The notes below the pieces were generated by a model. The model did not search any database, was not told where the DNA came from, and was given only the letters and a program-made list of their open reading frames with translations. Source: the human T2T-CHM13v2.0 reference genome, Homo sapiens. Taken from it: a DNA stretch of 64,000 nt. A program made the position numbers and the translations under genes. The stretch lies in the NCBI RefSeq assembly GCF_009914755.1, contig NC_060926.1; one strand, written 5' to 3'. Positions 39,561-54,738 of this stretch are shown in pieces; the stretch's first letter is position 1; the number at the start of each line of letters is the position of its first letter.

Positions 39561-41249
39561 ATAATAGCAGTGTTAACAATATCTCAGTGTTACCAAGGAT
39601 TATCAGTGATTGTTGATAGTGTTCAGGAAAAAGAGCTTAGAATTCACTCCTGAGTCAGGGAAAGAATGAAGTCTATGGGTGTTTAAAAGAGAGCTGTCCA
39701 AGGAGTGGCTGGAATCAGATAGGAACAGGTGTGCAAGGCAGTGTGTCTTCAAAAGATGTGTCTTCATTTGCATCAACTATTTTAACAACCTTGGGGAAGG
39801 CATTACATCTTTCAGAGCCGTTATTTCGTCATCTGTACAATGGAGTTGAACTTGATGATGATTGTTTTGATAAATCTTTTCAATTCACATTCTCTACATC
39901 CAGAAATCCAATATTTTACATTTTGATAAGATTTTATTTAAAACAAAGTTCATCCACATACAGTAGAGTCATTTTTTTTTCCTTCAGAAATCATTATTGT
40001 AGGTGTGAAATTTATATAACATCTAAAATCTTTTGATATTATTTCTCTGGGTGTTAGCATATCTGGGCTTCTCTTTTTTGAACTGCTATTTATAGTAACT
40101 TTCTAGGGTTTTGCTTTTTATAGTTATGGAGTTTTAATGTGGCCACACTATCTTAATCATTTCAAGTTTGTGTCCCTGACAAATGAAAGAGATTTCTGAC
40201 GCTAAAACCTATCAATAACCCTTCTCAGAATTCCTTGCTAGAAGAAAATGATTGGCTGCTTGTCTTTTGTTCCTCCAGTGGAGTTGGTATGTCATCCCTG
40301 AAATCATCTTCTGTACCTAAAATGTTCCAGCTACCCATCGCAGCACTCAGAATGCTGATTTGGGGCTTCCCTGACTCCTCTGCCCCCTGCAGCTGCCTTA
40401 GCTGGATGCAGGGTTTTTGCTGAGGCTCTTCCCACGCTGGGCTAAAGATTTATTAACCCTTTCTTTTCAGTGTTACAGTATCAGAAATGAAATTCTACTC
40501 ACTTGCTGCATTTAAACCTTATGTTATTCATGTCATTTACAAAATGTTCTTTCCTTTTGGAATCATTTGCAAATCAATTTAAGCTGTGTTAAGCAAGACA
40601 AAAGTATACATTTTAAAAAACATAATTATGTCCAGCGAAACTCTCACAGTCTATAGTAGGAAAACCTTAAGGTGAGAGGAGTCTGGATTCCTCAAGTGTG
40701 GCCCTAGTGCTAATGAGCTTCAAAACCCAGGCACAGCCAGTTACTTCACCCCCTTCCCCCGTGAGCAAAACAACAAAACAACTAACAGTGTGAATCATTT
40801 TTCTTCAGCTCTTGGTCATTATTAAGACAACAATTAGGGGAAGTGTTATTCTCAGATTGTCTTTTTAAAATAGACACATTAATGATACTATATAAAACCG
40901 TGAGATTTATTTAAAATATTTTCAATTTAAGGGGTGTGCAAATCATTAACACCAGATGGCATCTACCTAGGATTTTTTAAAAGGTGGATTTGGGATACTT
41001 GTAGCCAAAATGTAGAAATTTAGCTTATAAACAGTTACTGTGCCAACAGATTGGTCAGTGCAAATTGAACGTGTCGATGCAAGAGGATTTAGAGCTTTTG
41101 TTGTCCATCTTTCCTGCTAAGCTCTGGTACCTCCCTGATAACAGACCTGGTCACCAAATTGATTTAAAAAAAAAAAAAAAAGACGGCAAACAAATGTGAT
41201 ATTTACAAGAAAAAAAATACTAGAATATTTTAGGGGGTTAAAAGATGCA

Positions 41250-41530
41250 TAAGTAAAGTCGATGAATTTTTCTTAGATTTTCAAAAAGCTTGTAACAAAT
41301 TTCCACTTGTTATTTTTAAAAGAATGCTGTTGAGTTGTAAATGGTAAGAATAGCTAATTTGTCATAGAGGATTGAAGTTTAGAAAGGGGAAATAGCAAGT
41401 TGGGATAAGCAGGCATTTTTCTGGAGGAAGAAGTACAAATAGGATTCCTCAGGAGTCAATGTGGACAATAATTTTAAACATTGATTTAATCTGTCTTAAG
41501 GAGGGCATGAGTCTCTGTAGGTTTACAGTA
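41250..41530 (+). mobile_element. L3/CR1 RT remnant
   Basis: Translates to 'DEFFLDFQKACNKFP' (cf. YLDFSKAFDKVPH) and 'GIPQES' (cf. GVPQGS). Confidence 0.6.
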
Positions 41531-41719
41531 GCAAATCCCCTGGAAGACTGATCTGACCACCTCCTGTTTATTCTCCTTGGCTCTGGATTCTCTCTTTTGT
41601 GTTCACATTGCTGGTCTTTATTTTGGAGAAATTCTTTAGTTGGATGTTAGGGAGGGTTGAGCTGTTCATGTATCTCCATTGATGGCATTTGTCAGGACCA
41701 GGTCAGTGTTTTATTTCTT

Positions 41720-42598
41720 TATCCCCATCTTCTACATCTACCTCCCACGGCCGTAGGCATTTCTAATGTGTTTAGTGTTTTTGTTTGTGTGTACTCTTGT
41801 ATAATATGTATGTTGCATTATGTAAATCATTACATAAATGTTGTTATTCTCATTCAGTTAATATTTTTCACTTAGTTTATTTTAAAGATATGTGTCCCTG
41901 GGTGGTGTCTGTGTTAGCTTGTTGATTCTGACTGCAGTTGAGTATTTCATGATATATATCCATCCAGTTTTATCTCTCCCCTCCTTCTGTGATGGTTATT
42001 TAGATTGCATTCACCTCCTCACCATCGTAAAAAGGGGTGCGTGATCCCTTGGGACCTGTGTGACAGTTTCTGTGGGAAATATGCCTAGCACCAGAATTGC
42101 TGCATCATAGACTATCAGTACTCTTACTTTGCCTGAGCTGTGCGGTGCTGATACTCTCTAGAATGGCTGCATCCATCTATATGTCTCCACAACCCAACAC
42201 TTAGCGTGGTTCAGTCTGCCAGGTGTAAATCAACTCATTTTCAGTTTGTATTTCTCTGACTACTTATGAACTTGATAATGTCTTCATCTGCTTGTTATCT
42301 TTTTTTGGGTATCCTCTTCTGTAAATTTTTTGTCCATACCTTTTGCCCAGTTTTCTACTGGGGGTTCTAATCTTATGTTGATTTGAGGGACATCATTATA
42401 TTCTGGATATATATCCCTTATTATGGCGTTACAAAAGTCTTTAATATCCCACTTGTCTGTAAACTTTATTGAACAGAAATCATTAAATGTGCTATCAAAA
42501 TCATCGTTTGTTCTCCCTTCACCCCCCACCCCAGCCATATAGCTTGAAGGTTTTGTTCAAATCCTTCTCTAGCCCTAGTTCTCAAGGTATTCTTCGTG
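41720..42598 (-). mobile_element. Old L1M(E) fragment
   Basis: Antisense L1 motifs 'agaattgctg.atcata', 'gttt.tatttctctga', 'ccttttgcccagttttctactgggg', 'attctggata'. Confidence 0.6.
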
Positions 42599-42599
42599 C

Positions 42600-42923
42600 T
42601 TTCTTTTTTATTTTTAATTTTTATTTTTGAGACAGGTTCTCACTCTGTCACCCAGGCTGGAGTACAGTGAAGCAAGTATGGCTCACTGCAGCTTCGACCT
42701 CCCAGGCTCAAGCAACCCCTCATGTCAGCCACCCTAGTAGCTAGAGGTGAAGTAGATGGAGCACAGGTGCGCATCACCATGCTGGAGTAATTTTTAAATG
42801 TTTTGTAGAGATGATGTCTCGCTATCTTGGCAGGGCTGGTCTCAAACCTCTAGGCTGAAATAGTCCTCCTATCACAGTCTCCCAAAGTGCTGGGATTACA
42901 GGCTTGACCCACTGCACCGGGCC
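42600..42923 (-). mobile_element. AluJ
   Basis: Diverged antisense dimer with a short internal insertion. Confidence 0.88.
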
Positions 42924-45751
42924 CCTTTTTTTAACTTTATAGTTTTACTTTATACAATTTGGCTCTCTTGCACCTGGAGTCTACGTTGTGTCACTGCCCT
43001 GATTGAAAAAAAAAATCTAATGGCCTCAGTTGCCCACAGAGTGAAACAAGGCATCACAGGGAATAGGAAACTCCTCAGAATCTATCTCACACCTTCCCCC
43101 TGTTCAGATATTCCCATATTCTTATAAAAATAAGAAACCGAAAAAGCAAGTTATGCGAAGTTAATTTTTTTTAGCTGAGGAATCATCTTTGTCTTAATCT
43201 CAGTTGCTTCCTCTCCACTGGTTGCTTCTCCTTAAGTATCTTCTGTCTCCTCAGATTTTAACAACAGCCAGCAACCTGCCTTCACTTCCAGAGAGCTGTA
43301 CTGGCACCCCCTCTCCCCCACACCAACCCCAACCCCGTTTCCCTTTGGCTTCCGCCACCCTGCTTCCCCTCCTGCCACCCTGCCCGGGCTTTGCTCCTGA
43401 GGATACTCTTCATCTGTCTTGCCCATCAACACTTGACAACCCACTCCATGGGAAAATTGCTTTCCTTCTTTGCCTGTTACAATAGTATTTTTTTCTGTCT
43501 CCTTTTGTCTTTCTGACTCTTACTACTTAAGTTCTGTTTCCAGCTGACCATTTTCCTCCTGCGTACCTTTTAACATTACTATTTTCTTCTTCTTACAGAA
43601 GTGTTATACGTGTTTACAGTAGAAAATGCAGACTAACCAAAAGATGGACTACCCATAATTTCATCATTTAGAACAGCTTTTTGGTTTTGTTTCTTTAAGA
43701 AAAGGGGATTATGCTTCATAGGCATAGTCTTTATACATAACCTTTATTTCCTCCCTACCTAATAATATTTATTTTCTAAACTGTTTATTTTTAATGTTTG
43801 TTTTAGTTTTTTATTTTAAATTAAAATATTGAAAGCCTTATAACAAATTATAACAGTCCTTTGACCCCCTTGTCTCATTCTTTTTGCCAGAAGTATATAC
43901 TTTCAGTTACTTTGTCTATTTCTTCTGATACTCATCTCCTTATTTCTAAATAACATATTATTTTTTAAATCATTAATTTTAGATATTATCTATTATTGTT
44001 AATACATAGATGAGAATCTCTGCCTTATACCCCTTTGCTGTCTTCCCGTTTTCCTAATAATGACAGATCATAATTTTTTATTAAATTACTATTTATTGTT
44101 TCCATTATTTTGACTATATATATCATTCACCAGTGAGCCAAATAGTTTCTCATCGTTTTTTAAATCCAAGTGTTTTTTCCACCAGTGGAAATACCTGCCT
44201 CATTTTTCCATTTCCTTAACTTCGTTTTGATCTACAGCCAAATCTTCTCACACCCTCCTTTAGCCTCTTAGTGCCATTTTCCATGTGGTTACCCTAGCAG
44301 CTCATCAGTGAATCCCATTTAACCCTCACATTTGGGACCAGCCACCTGTCCTCCTTTTCCAGGCTGGACTGGTTGCTCTCTAGGCCTGCTGCACAGTGTC
44401 ATTAATGCCTGAGTAGCCCTCTTCCAAAACTGAAGTCAGTGACACAGTGACGTTAGCAAATTGAGAGATTTGAGAAGGTCTCAAGAGGCTTCTAGTCCCT
44501 GTAGGTGTCTAGCACTGCTGCATGAGGGCATTGAGCAGCATTTGGCCTGGGCTTCTGTTTTGTGAGTGCTGCTCACTTGGCAACATGCTTTCCTCCTTGA
44601 GGTTTCAGGACTGGTGAGCTTTTCCTGCTAATCTAGGTCTTACTGTTGCCTTTCTCTCCTCTTCCCTCACTCTCCCCCTTTCCCCACCCTTGTGGACCCC
44701 TTTTTTCAGTCTTCTTTCATTCTCCAGTGTGATTATTGATTGCACTACTAATATTTCTTGGTCTTTGGGGAAGAAATGAATGGAGTCCAGGGGTGCAAAA
44801 TTCATTTAAAATGAAGCTGACATTTTCATTTCAGTCTTATCAGGAGGGAGGCAGATTCTTGCCATAATAAAAGTTGGATCTTTTTTAATACAGTTTAGGA
44901 ACTTTAAAAGGTAAACACTGATGAGAAGGGAAAAGCTATTTGTACTTAGCATACTGCTTATTCGACTTCAACTAAGAAGCTCATCCATTACACCAATTTA
45001 GGCATCTCACTATGTTTCTACTACTCTAGGACAGCAGAGTATATATTTATATTATGTACTTTTTTTTTTTTACTTATGGAGGGGAAAATGGGTTCTGTAT
45101 AAAACAAGAAACAGCCCTAAAAAATGTGACCTTTATATAGTCTTACTTGAAGTTAGTTGAAATATCAATTGTGCCAAATAATATACTTGTAAACTACAGC
45201 GTTATTTGCAATGATATGAATAAATAAAATGTGTTAGTTATTTGAAAGTAGATGAGCGAATTATGAACCTGATATGTCTGAAGTGATGATTAATACCATT
45301 AAGGATGATTTGTTTTGTAATAACATATTTAAACTAGGTAATCATGGATAGTAAAGCACTTTAAAATATGGTAGTAGATTACTTTCATTATTCAGTTATT
45401 TAGGTTTTTAATATGAAATTTTCTAGACCAGTTGCAAAGACTTTTTCAAAGTACTAAATATCCCCATTATAAATAAAGTGCACTTAATGGTTCTTTTAAT
45501 TTGTAAGCAAACAGCAAATGATTTTTTATAACCAAATAGAGATTTTAGTTTTGCTATTTGCTTGCTCTTTAACTTTGGGCAGATATTTAAACTGTTTTGA
45601 GCCTATGTCCTAATCAGTGAAGTGAGAATCGTGCCTACCTCTAGAGGTTTTGCAAAAACTTTAATGAGATGAAATAAATGATCATTGCTCTATTTTTTTT
45701 TTTAAAGTTGTGCATTTTTAGTAGTCAGGAAAACTATTAAATCAATGAGGT

Positions 45752-46136
<385 letters not shown>

Positions 46137-46366
46137 TCACATTGCTACAATTCTTCTGGAGAGTTAAAAAAAAAAAAAAAACAAAGCCCAGAAAGTTCAC
46201 TTGGCTCATCACTTCTAATGTGCTATATAAGGAAATAATCAGACAAGTGGACAAAAACTGTTTTCTGCTGAGTCGCTTATACTCTCAAAAATTCTAAATA
46301 TTAGTACATCAGACAATGAATTTTTTTGTAGCCATTAGTAATAACTATGTTTAAAAAAAAAGGAGT

Positions 46367-46646
46367 GTCCGGGTGCCGTGGCTCCCACCTGTAATCCCAG
46401 CACTTTGGGAGGCCAAGGAGGTCCTGACTTGAGGTCAGGAGTTCAAGACCAGCCTGGCCAACATGGTGAAACCTCGACTCTACTGAAAATACAAAAATTA
46501 GCTGGGCGTGGTAGTGGGTGCCTGTAATCCCAACTACTCAGGAGGCTGAGGCAGGGTAATTGTGTGAACCCAGGAGGCGGAGGTTGCAGTGAGCTGAGAT
46601 TGCACCTCTGCACTCCAGCCTGGGCGACAGAGCAAGACTCTGTCTC

Positions 46647-46681
<35 letters not shown>
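46367..46681 (+). mobile_element. AluS with (TAAA)n tail
   Basis: Full dimer. Confidence 0.93.
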
Positions 46682-46781
46682 GAGGGGTATATATGTATAT
46701 ATTTTTAACCTTTCATTATGGTAAATCAATATCAGTTTTAACATATATTTTCTTTTTTGTATACATTTTTACTTGAAAATA

Positions 46782-47083
<302 letters not shown>

Positions 47084-47521
47084 TAAAATATTTTAAATAG
47101 AAATTTAAATAAACATTTGATAGTTTACCTAATAAATGCCATGTTATATTTTCTTTTTTAGCAGTGTATATTCATTTAAATTGAAGGCCTTGGCTGTAAG
47201 GATTGAATTTATCGATTCTGTGAATTTGTTGGTGCACCCCTCTTGTGAGTGTACTAAAAATCAAAAGTGGTGGTAGATCAGTCTCCTGTAAACATTCTTT
47301 TTCCTCATGGTCCACATCCATCTGTCCTCTGGTCTGAAATATCTATCTCCTTTTTCATTTTCACCTGTGCAAGTTCAGAAGTTTTTAATTTCTTGCTTTT
47401 AACCAGAATCTTGTCTTTTGTCTCTCCAGAATTCAGCCTTCACATGTTTACCTGTGTCCCCAAAATGTTCTTATTTCAGAACAAAGCAAGCTGACTGAGA
47501 AATTTGAGAGTCTCAGTCAGT

Positions 47522-47558
47522 GTCTCTCTTTCGCTCTCACTCTCTCTCGCCTTCTCTC

Positions 47559-47596
<38 letters not shown>

Positions 47597-47630
47597 TGTG
47601 TGTCTCACTCTCTCTGTCTCTGTCTCTTCT
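47522..47630. repeat. Compound (CT)n/(GT)n microsatellite
   Basis: Read directly from the sequence; pure (GT)n at 47562-47595. Confidence 0.95.
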
Positions 47631-47849
47631 TTATCCTCCTGGGTAGGTGGTTCTTGATGAAGGAAACTCTCAAATAACCTATTATGAATTCTTCCTGTAA
47701 AAAGACATTTAGGTTCCTGCACTCTTGATAAGTTGCCTTTTTCATTATATCTTGAAAAAAATTAATGGTCTGAAGTCCCACTAACAGATTTTTTTCTATG
47801 CATTTTTAGTGATATGTTGATTTCCTTAAAAGAATAATTTGGTATTATA

Positions 47850-48050
47850 CAGGTGTGCCACGATTCTTCAGCTCTAGGAACTTGAAGCAATTCAGCTTGG
47901 TTAAAGATGAATCAGGTTCTTTAGGCTATCCATTGGACAGTGCCTCACCTAGAGATGAAAAGATCCACAGGGCCAGGTGTCAGGGAAGGGGAACAGAGCT
48001 TCCACCCTGCAGGAACCTCCATGCATTCAACTATCGGGAAGCTCCTATGT
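47850..48050. mobile_element. MER21-like LTR fragment
   Basis: 'agggccaggt..gggaagggg.acagagcttcca..caggaacctcca.gcattca.ctatc.ggaagctc'. Confidence 0.55.
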
Positions 48051-48359
48051 ATTTTTAAATGACTAGAGTGATATTCTAACAATACTTTCAGTGTTACGCA
48101 GTATTTGCATTTGTATTTGCATTTTGAGTGGCCTGCCTTTTCCTTTTGGTTCTTTGCCTGGTTTTTATCTTCAAGGTACCTTCCCTCTTTCCTGCTTTTT
48201 CTCTTTAGTTCACTTGCTTCTGCTTGCCCAATGCTAGATAAGAATCACACAGAGAAAATAGATACTGATTTAGGAGTTATATTCTCTTAAATTGTTTTCT
48301 TTTAATTCTCTAAAATCTGGCTTTAAAAAACAGTCTGTCAGTTATTCTGGAAACTCACA

Positions 48360-48580
48360 GAGTGGTGGTGAACAGCTTAGGAATCAGGTAGACCCAGGCT
48401 TGAATTTAAACTGTGTCACTAGCTGATTAACCTTAGGCAAGTTATTTCACTTCTCTGGCTCTGTGTACTCAGTTGTGAAACAGCGATAATGTGTAACTCA
48501 GTTTTGCCTTAAAGATTAAATGATATAATGTTTTAAAGTGCTTAGCACTGTATGAGTCATAGTATTCAATAGGTGGTTGC
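48360..48580 (+). mobile_element. MIR SINE
   Basis: 'cactagctg..accttaggcaagttattt.acttctctg..aagattaaatga.ataatg..aaagtgcttagcac'. Confidence 0.8.
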
Positions 48581-48939
48581 TGATGTTGCTATTATAGCAT
48601 TAACTTTTCAGAGATGAAGGTAGAGGCCAGACATCTTATTTCAAATATCATTGTAACTTTAAAAATCCCAGTAAATGTTGCCTGTTCGGTATACAGTCAA
48701 AATCTCCCAAAACAAATCCACAAAACAGAAGTGTAGGGTGGGACACAGGTGCATCTGGTGTTTCGTAAGTATGAGCTTAGATATGGAGTGTGGTAGAAAA
48801 AGAATGAAGAGAGGATAATGGAGGAAGGGAAAAACTCAAGTCTTGTTTCTGACTAAATTTTTTTAGAAAAAGGAGATTGGATGCCTGCACTGAGGCAATG
48901 TGAGGATGGGCAGATTTTAAATTGTGCAGCTTTTGACAC

Positions 48940-49086
48940 ATTTTTATTTTTTGTTATTTTTATTTTTATTTTTTTGAGATGGGGTCTTACTATGTTGCCC
49001 AGGCTTTGAATTCCTGAGCTCAAGGGATCCTCCCACCTCAGCCTGCCAAGTAGCTGGGAATACAGGCATGTGCTACCAGGCCCAGC
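48940..49086 (-). mobile_element. FLAM monomer
   Basis: Single antisense monomer with T-rich tail. Confidence 0.82.
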
Positions 49087-52000
49087 TTTTCCACACATTT
49101 TTTAGTCAATGTAAATATCAAATTACAATTGTTAGGTGATTGAGAATGGGGAAAATCAAAACCTATCCAGATAAAAAGCATTTTATAGTCCACTACATTC
49201 TCATGATGGATTCTGTACTTTGCTTCAGATTTTTTGTTGTGAGATGCTTTAAAAATGTTAACATTTTATCATGTTATCAGTTTTACATAGTTTTCCAAAA
49301 AGGTTAACTGTGTTGTGAAATGTAATTTTGTTTCTTGGGCTTCAGTTTTCTCTTCAGCATTCCTTTTGTAGTAGTGATGACTGGGAATCTCATGCACTCT
49401 GCTGATGTTGGCCTTATAGCCATCTTCCCCAGGATATTTCTTCTAAATGTCTGTGGATGCTGCAGTGTTAAACAGTGGAGATAGGTTGATAGGGCAAACA
49501 GTCTTGGCCTGTTCTAGAACCTTGACTCCTCTGTGCTCTGCTCTGATAAACTCCTGCTCAGTTTGTTCATATAATACTGTTGACCCAGTGCCTGCATTAG
49601 GTGGGTTGTGAGTGTTTTTTTTTTTTTTTTTCCTTCAGGGGTGAGAGATTTTTGGTGATCATTCAATTCTGCCTCTGCTAACCAGGCACAGCTTTCTGCA
49701 GCACAGCTGATGGTGGTGACAGCACAGCCTGTGGCCACAGAAGAGAACAGAACTCCTGTGCTCACCTAAGGATTAAGCCCACGGGGCTGGTGCATTAGCT
49801 CAGTGCTCCTGGATTCAAAACAGTTGTAGAATATGTTCAGGAAGAACGGTAAAATACCCTCCAATGAGAGAGCCTGCGGTAGGGGTGCCTTCAGTGGTCC
49901 AAAATGGCAGTTACTTCAGATTCTCCACAATCTGAGCAGTTTATTATACTATGGTGGTAAGGGGAAAGGCTTGGTGAAGATTAATGTTAAATACATAAGA
50001 TAAAATGACCCACTGATTTTTTTTAATTAAAAAATGGGCCCCTTTCATATCAAAACTGAAGATGGATACATTACCTGAGGGTGCACATCAGCCAACAAAA
50101 GTGGGTTCAGCATCCCCCCAACCCTGAACCCAGAGCAGTCCCAACAGCCTGCCCCATGTAGTACCTGTTAGTGAAGTACCACCTTTGACCCACCTTGCTC
50201 AGTTTCCTCACTTGTTCTTAAGAGAAATTAGTTCCTTGTGACCCAGTTGTGTTTCCAGCTATAGAGAAACTGTAACACCACTGGGTTTTAGCTGGATAAC
50301 ATTTTTAACACATGTCTGCATTTGAGTTAGAATAGCAGAGATCAGAGTACTGATAATCCTGAAGGATAATTGGGCCTGTGTCCACTGGCCTGGAGGAACA
50401 CATATTTGTGTGAGTGGCCAAGCAGAGCACCACTGACCCCTCCTGCCATTGGAAAGCACAGTGGCCTTGCTTCAATGGCAGCGTGTTCTAAGTCATGCCA
50501 TTTTACTTAGTCTTCATTCACTCGGTTAGAAATGAGGTCAATTATTCCTGAAAAAAAAATTGGTAATACTTGGACTAAATAAAAAACTGCACCTGCCCAT
50601 AGATTTGTCTTAGACTTCTTGAATAAAATGAATGATGTTGGGACATACAGAATATAGACAGAGTTTAGAGAACAGGATGCATGAATTAAACAAAGTCTCA
50701 CCTCTCCAGACTTGTATTTGCAACTTCTGATTCTGTTATGCACAACAGCATGTATCAGAAAGTGAGATAATTTCCCAGAAATGTTAGAAAGTTTTAATTA
50801 GTGTACTGATGCTAGAGAAAGCAGCCATGAAAGTCATCCTCAATACAAAGTTGCTGGCACTTTTATGGACAGTATATAAGGTAATTTAGTGTATTTTACA
50901 TTCATGAATAATCAAGGCAGGTTAATCTTGCATATTTGTTTCTAATTACTCTATTTTTACTACTCCCATCATTTCTCTTTCTCCTGCAAGAAGTTGGAAT
51001 GTCCTAACCACAGTGCATCACATACACCCACAGAACAGTAGCAAATGAGGGCCCCAGTGTTTCTGTAGAGAAAGCAGTCACCCTGATAACTGCCGGTAAT
51101 GACAACCTTGTTGACTGTACCAGTCAAGGTTTATTATTAAGTGTGCAGAAATTTTCATTTTTGACTCACAAATACATTTTTGTTCTTTCATAAACATGTA
51201 TAATAGCAAAAAATAAAGATAACCCATCCTCATTAAACCTAAGTTCCATAAAGAAAAGACACAAAGCCTGCTCTGTTTATAGATATTTTGTTTCCCTGAG
51301 CAACAGAAAATGCAGTGCTTATTTAACTTAGCAGCAATGCCTTGTAAAAATATAAGCCTGCAGATGGCAATGGCCTCTATTTTTCTTCCACAAGTTTCTT
51401 CCAATTCAGAGCCCGTGCCTTCCTTCAGCCACAGAGCGCACAACAGCATGGATGAGATTGAGTCAGCCCTCTTACATTGTTGGCCTACAGCTATGGAGCT
51501 ACCTTTGCAGAGTTGTCCACTTTGGGGTTTGAGCATGGGAAGTAAATTCAGAGATGCAAGTATGTGGGAGAGGGCATGAACTCGTGAGAAAGTCCTCATA
51601 TTCTGAGCTCCTATGACAGTTTTGCCTTTAGAAGCTATCTCGTCTCTTAGCAGCTTTGTTTTGGGCAGAATGAATAGCAGAGGGGCAGGAAAGACCCAGA
51701 ATCTTGATGCCCAGCCTCCCTGCTTTTACTCTGCTGCTTGATACTGCCTCTAATGAAGGAGCCGTTCTTATAGAGCAGTTACTTTGAGGCCTGAGAAACC
51801 CAGAAAAATTTATCATGACTGCTAGACCTGGGCACAGGTGGATTTTAGATTAGACTTGGCAGGGACAACAGGCATCTTGGAAACTCCCTAAGGAAGGGTC
51901 CAGATCAACAACACTGCAAACACCATATTCCCTTCAGGCAGGCATCCCTATTTTGCTGTACCAGGCCTTAATACTCTCTGGGTTGTAGCCTCCAGTGGTC

Positions 52001-54596
52001 CATTTGACTTCTGAGATGTATTAACAAGAAGACTAATATTACCAATGGTAACTGCTCACTTAACAAAAACAAAACAATATACCCCAACATTTATTGTTGC
52101 CTTGCAACTCTGCCTTTTTGGCCTCTCTGGATATCCACTGACATCATTTAAAATGAACCATTTTATTTCTAATTGCTACATGCCAGGTTGGTTTATATGT
52201 GTCTGTTTCTCAGCATTCCACAGATGCCACATTACTCAAAGCTGTGCTTTTGTGCATCTTCACAGATTTCTCTCTCCCTACCCTGCACAGCCTCCCTACC
52301 TGAGTTTCTCATCTAGCAGCTGCCTGCATGCCCTGCTGACATCCATCCACAGCACATGCCCAGCCAGCTGAGCTCAACTGCAGTGAATGTGGCTGTAGTG
52401 CCAGTGAACTGGCTGTGCTCCAGGACTTTGCCTCCCCTGCCATGCCATCTGATGTTAAGTGTTTTGTTGAAGAGGGAGGTGTAAACGCCTCAGTGAGGGC
52501 ACACCAAATTTCACAGATCTGTGAAAGGTGCATGATTATTATTTCAGTCTCTATTGTGTGCCTATTTTGATTCACTCTTATACTGTCTTCTGTCTGCACA
52601 TCCACAGTATCACCATGCAGATGTTTGGCTAGGTAAGGTTTTCCTGTTTAAGGCAGGTGGCCTTGATCTTCCTACTTTTCAGTCCTTGGTATCATTAAGT
52701 TTTCAGGATCATGTGTAAGACCTCAGCAGCTTTCCTGAATGTGTGCCTCAGGAGCATGGTGGTTGGCATCAGGCAGTGTCTGAACAGTATTTATAAAGTG
52801 TGTTTGATGATGCTTACAACATTATTGAAGGTTTTCTGAGGGCTGGAAGCTCTTATCTAAGTAAAATAGAGTATTATGAAATCCAGTTAATTGACTTTGC
52901 TTTATTGCATTCATGCTGAAGAGTAGATCATCCACTTGGATTTTTAAAAAATCATGAAATGATTTTTTTTCATGATCATGAAATCCCAAGATGTTAGTGA
53001 GAACAAATGAGCCAATCATATTTTAGGAACTGTTCTTGATGATGGTTCCTGGAAATAAAGCACTGGACACAGAAGTGACCTCTAGTTCCATTTGCAGCTT
53101 AGGGTCCATAAGAATTCTGGTTCTGGTCTTTCTGAGATTGAAGTCTTCCTAGTCGCAGTAGGGGAGGGATCCCCAAAAAGTTTCCAAAGAAGTTAGAGCC
53201 CTCATTCCCAAATTAGTGCCCTGGGCTGGAAATTTTAGCTTAAATTGTCTCTCAAATCCATTTGAGCTTTGAATTTCAGTGACAGAAGGCCTCACCTTGA
53301 GTTCTCTAACACATACTTGTCTCCAAGTGAAGTGTCTTCTCATCACCCCTCACCTTCTTCCCGGTCCCCTTCCATGTGGATCGCTGCAGTCACTTCTAGT
53401 TGAAATCTCTGCTACCACCTGACTTCTTTCCAGTCCTGTAGCACAACTAGTCTGTAAAACATAAATTTTCCAAGTCACCTTTAGGGAACTGCCCAATTGC
53501 AATTGGTGCAGATGGACACAAAAGGTGGTTCAAAAGTTGGGTTAACCCGCATGCTGATAGGAGTTAATGGTGATGCAGAATATTTGTTTACATTTAGTAC
53601 AACTTTTACAGTGTGTTAGAGATGGTTTTTGTAAGAATAGAAGTATACATTCATAAAAGCAAAGAATAGTAAGTTCTCTCTGTTTTAAAATAAACTTTTG
53701 ACACAAATCCTCGAGACTTTCTGCTCTGTGGTCGTCTATTTATATATTAAGAATGCTGTGGGAATTCTTGCTAAGAAGTGTTAAAGACTTTAGGCCTGTA
53801 ATATACCTCTCTTAGCTTTGCTATCCACATGTGTTTTGCATAATTCCAGCTAGGAACCTCCCCTTGGAGGAATTCTTCAGCCTGATTAAAAGTTTGAGCC
53901 ATAACACATGTGAAGGAATTGGAAAAGCTCTTGGAAGCAACATTTGTCAGATGATGTAAGCAATATCCAATTTGTTAGCTGTACTTAACTATGCTTCTGC
54001 TATTTCATAGATGCATATCAACTCATGTAGAAGATATGTCAAAAGGAATTCCAGTAATGCGTTATCTTTCATTCAATCCATATTTACTTGGTGGCTGGCT
54101 CTAACGCTTCAGTGCAGAGTCCCTTGACTCTCCTTTTGCCTCTAATTTCCTCCCTCACCTAAGATTAAAAAATATTTTGATAATTTATAAACAAATACTT
54201 CCATGGCTAAGGAAACTTGCTACTCAAAGCAAGTCCCATGAATAAGAGGGCAAATAATATTTTTGTAAAATGAAGTTATATTCTCATATATAAACTCATA
54301 TTTTATCAAATCCTGTTTTAAAGTGGAGATACACTTGTAATTTTTAATTGTGCTTTCAAAACTTAAGATCTTTCATTTCTCATTGAAATTTTATGTTAAA
54401 ATTTTGGACATTCCAAGTATTTTAAACAACTTCTTTTTTATTGGAAATTTTAGCAGCTGAGCAAAGTTTGTATCATTCATATACTTAGAATTATTTTAAC
54501 CCCACCACCCAAACTGCCTTTTTGTCTTTTAATTGTATACACAATTCTGAAAGCACTTTGTTCAGTTGTATTACCTCATGATGTGTTACTTTAGGA

Positions 54597-54738
54597 CAGT
54601 GCTTGTCAACCTTGAATGTATACCACAATCACCTGGATAGATTGCTAAAAACAGGTTGCTGGGCTCTGTACCCAGAGTTTCTGATTCAGTAGGTCTGGAG
54701 CATTGCTGATGGTGCTGGACCATACTTTGAGACTACTG
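54597..54738. mobile_element. MER5A (hAT) element, internally deleted
   Basis: 'cagtgctt.tcaaccttg..aatcacctgga..ttgctgggc..cccagagtttctgattcagtaggtctgg..accatactttgag..actg'. Confidence 0.8.

Noticed and set aside
51078-51599. 173-aa minus-strand ORF and overlapping 89-aa plus-strand ORF
   Set aside because: No recognisable homology, atypical composition and no clear splice boundaries.
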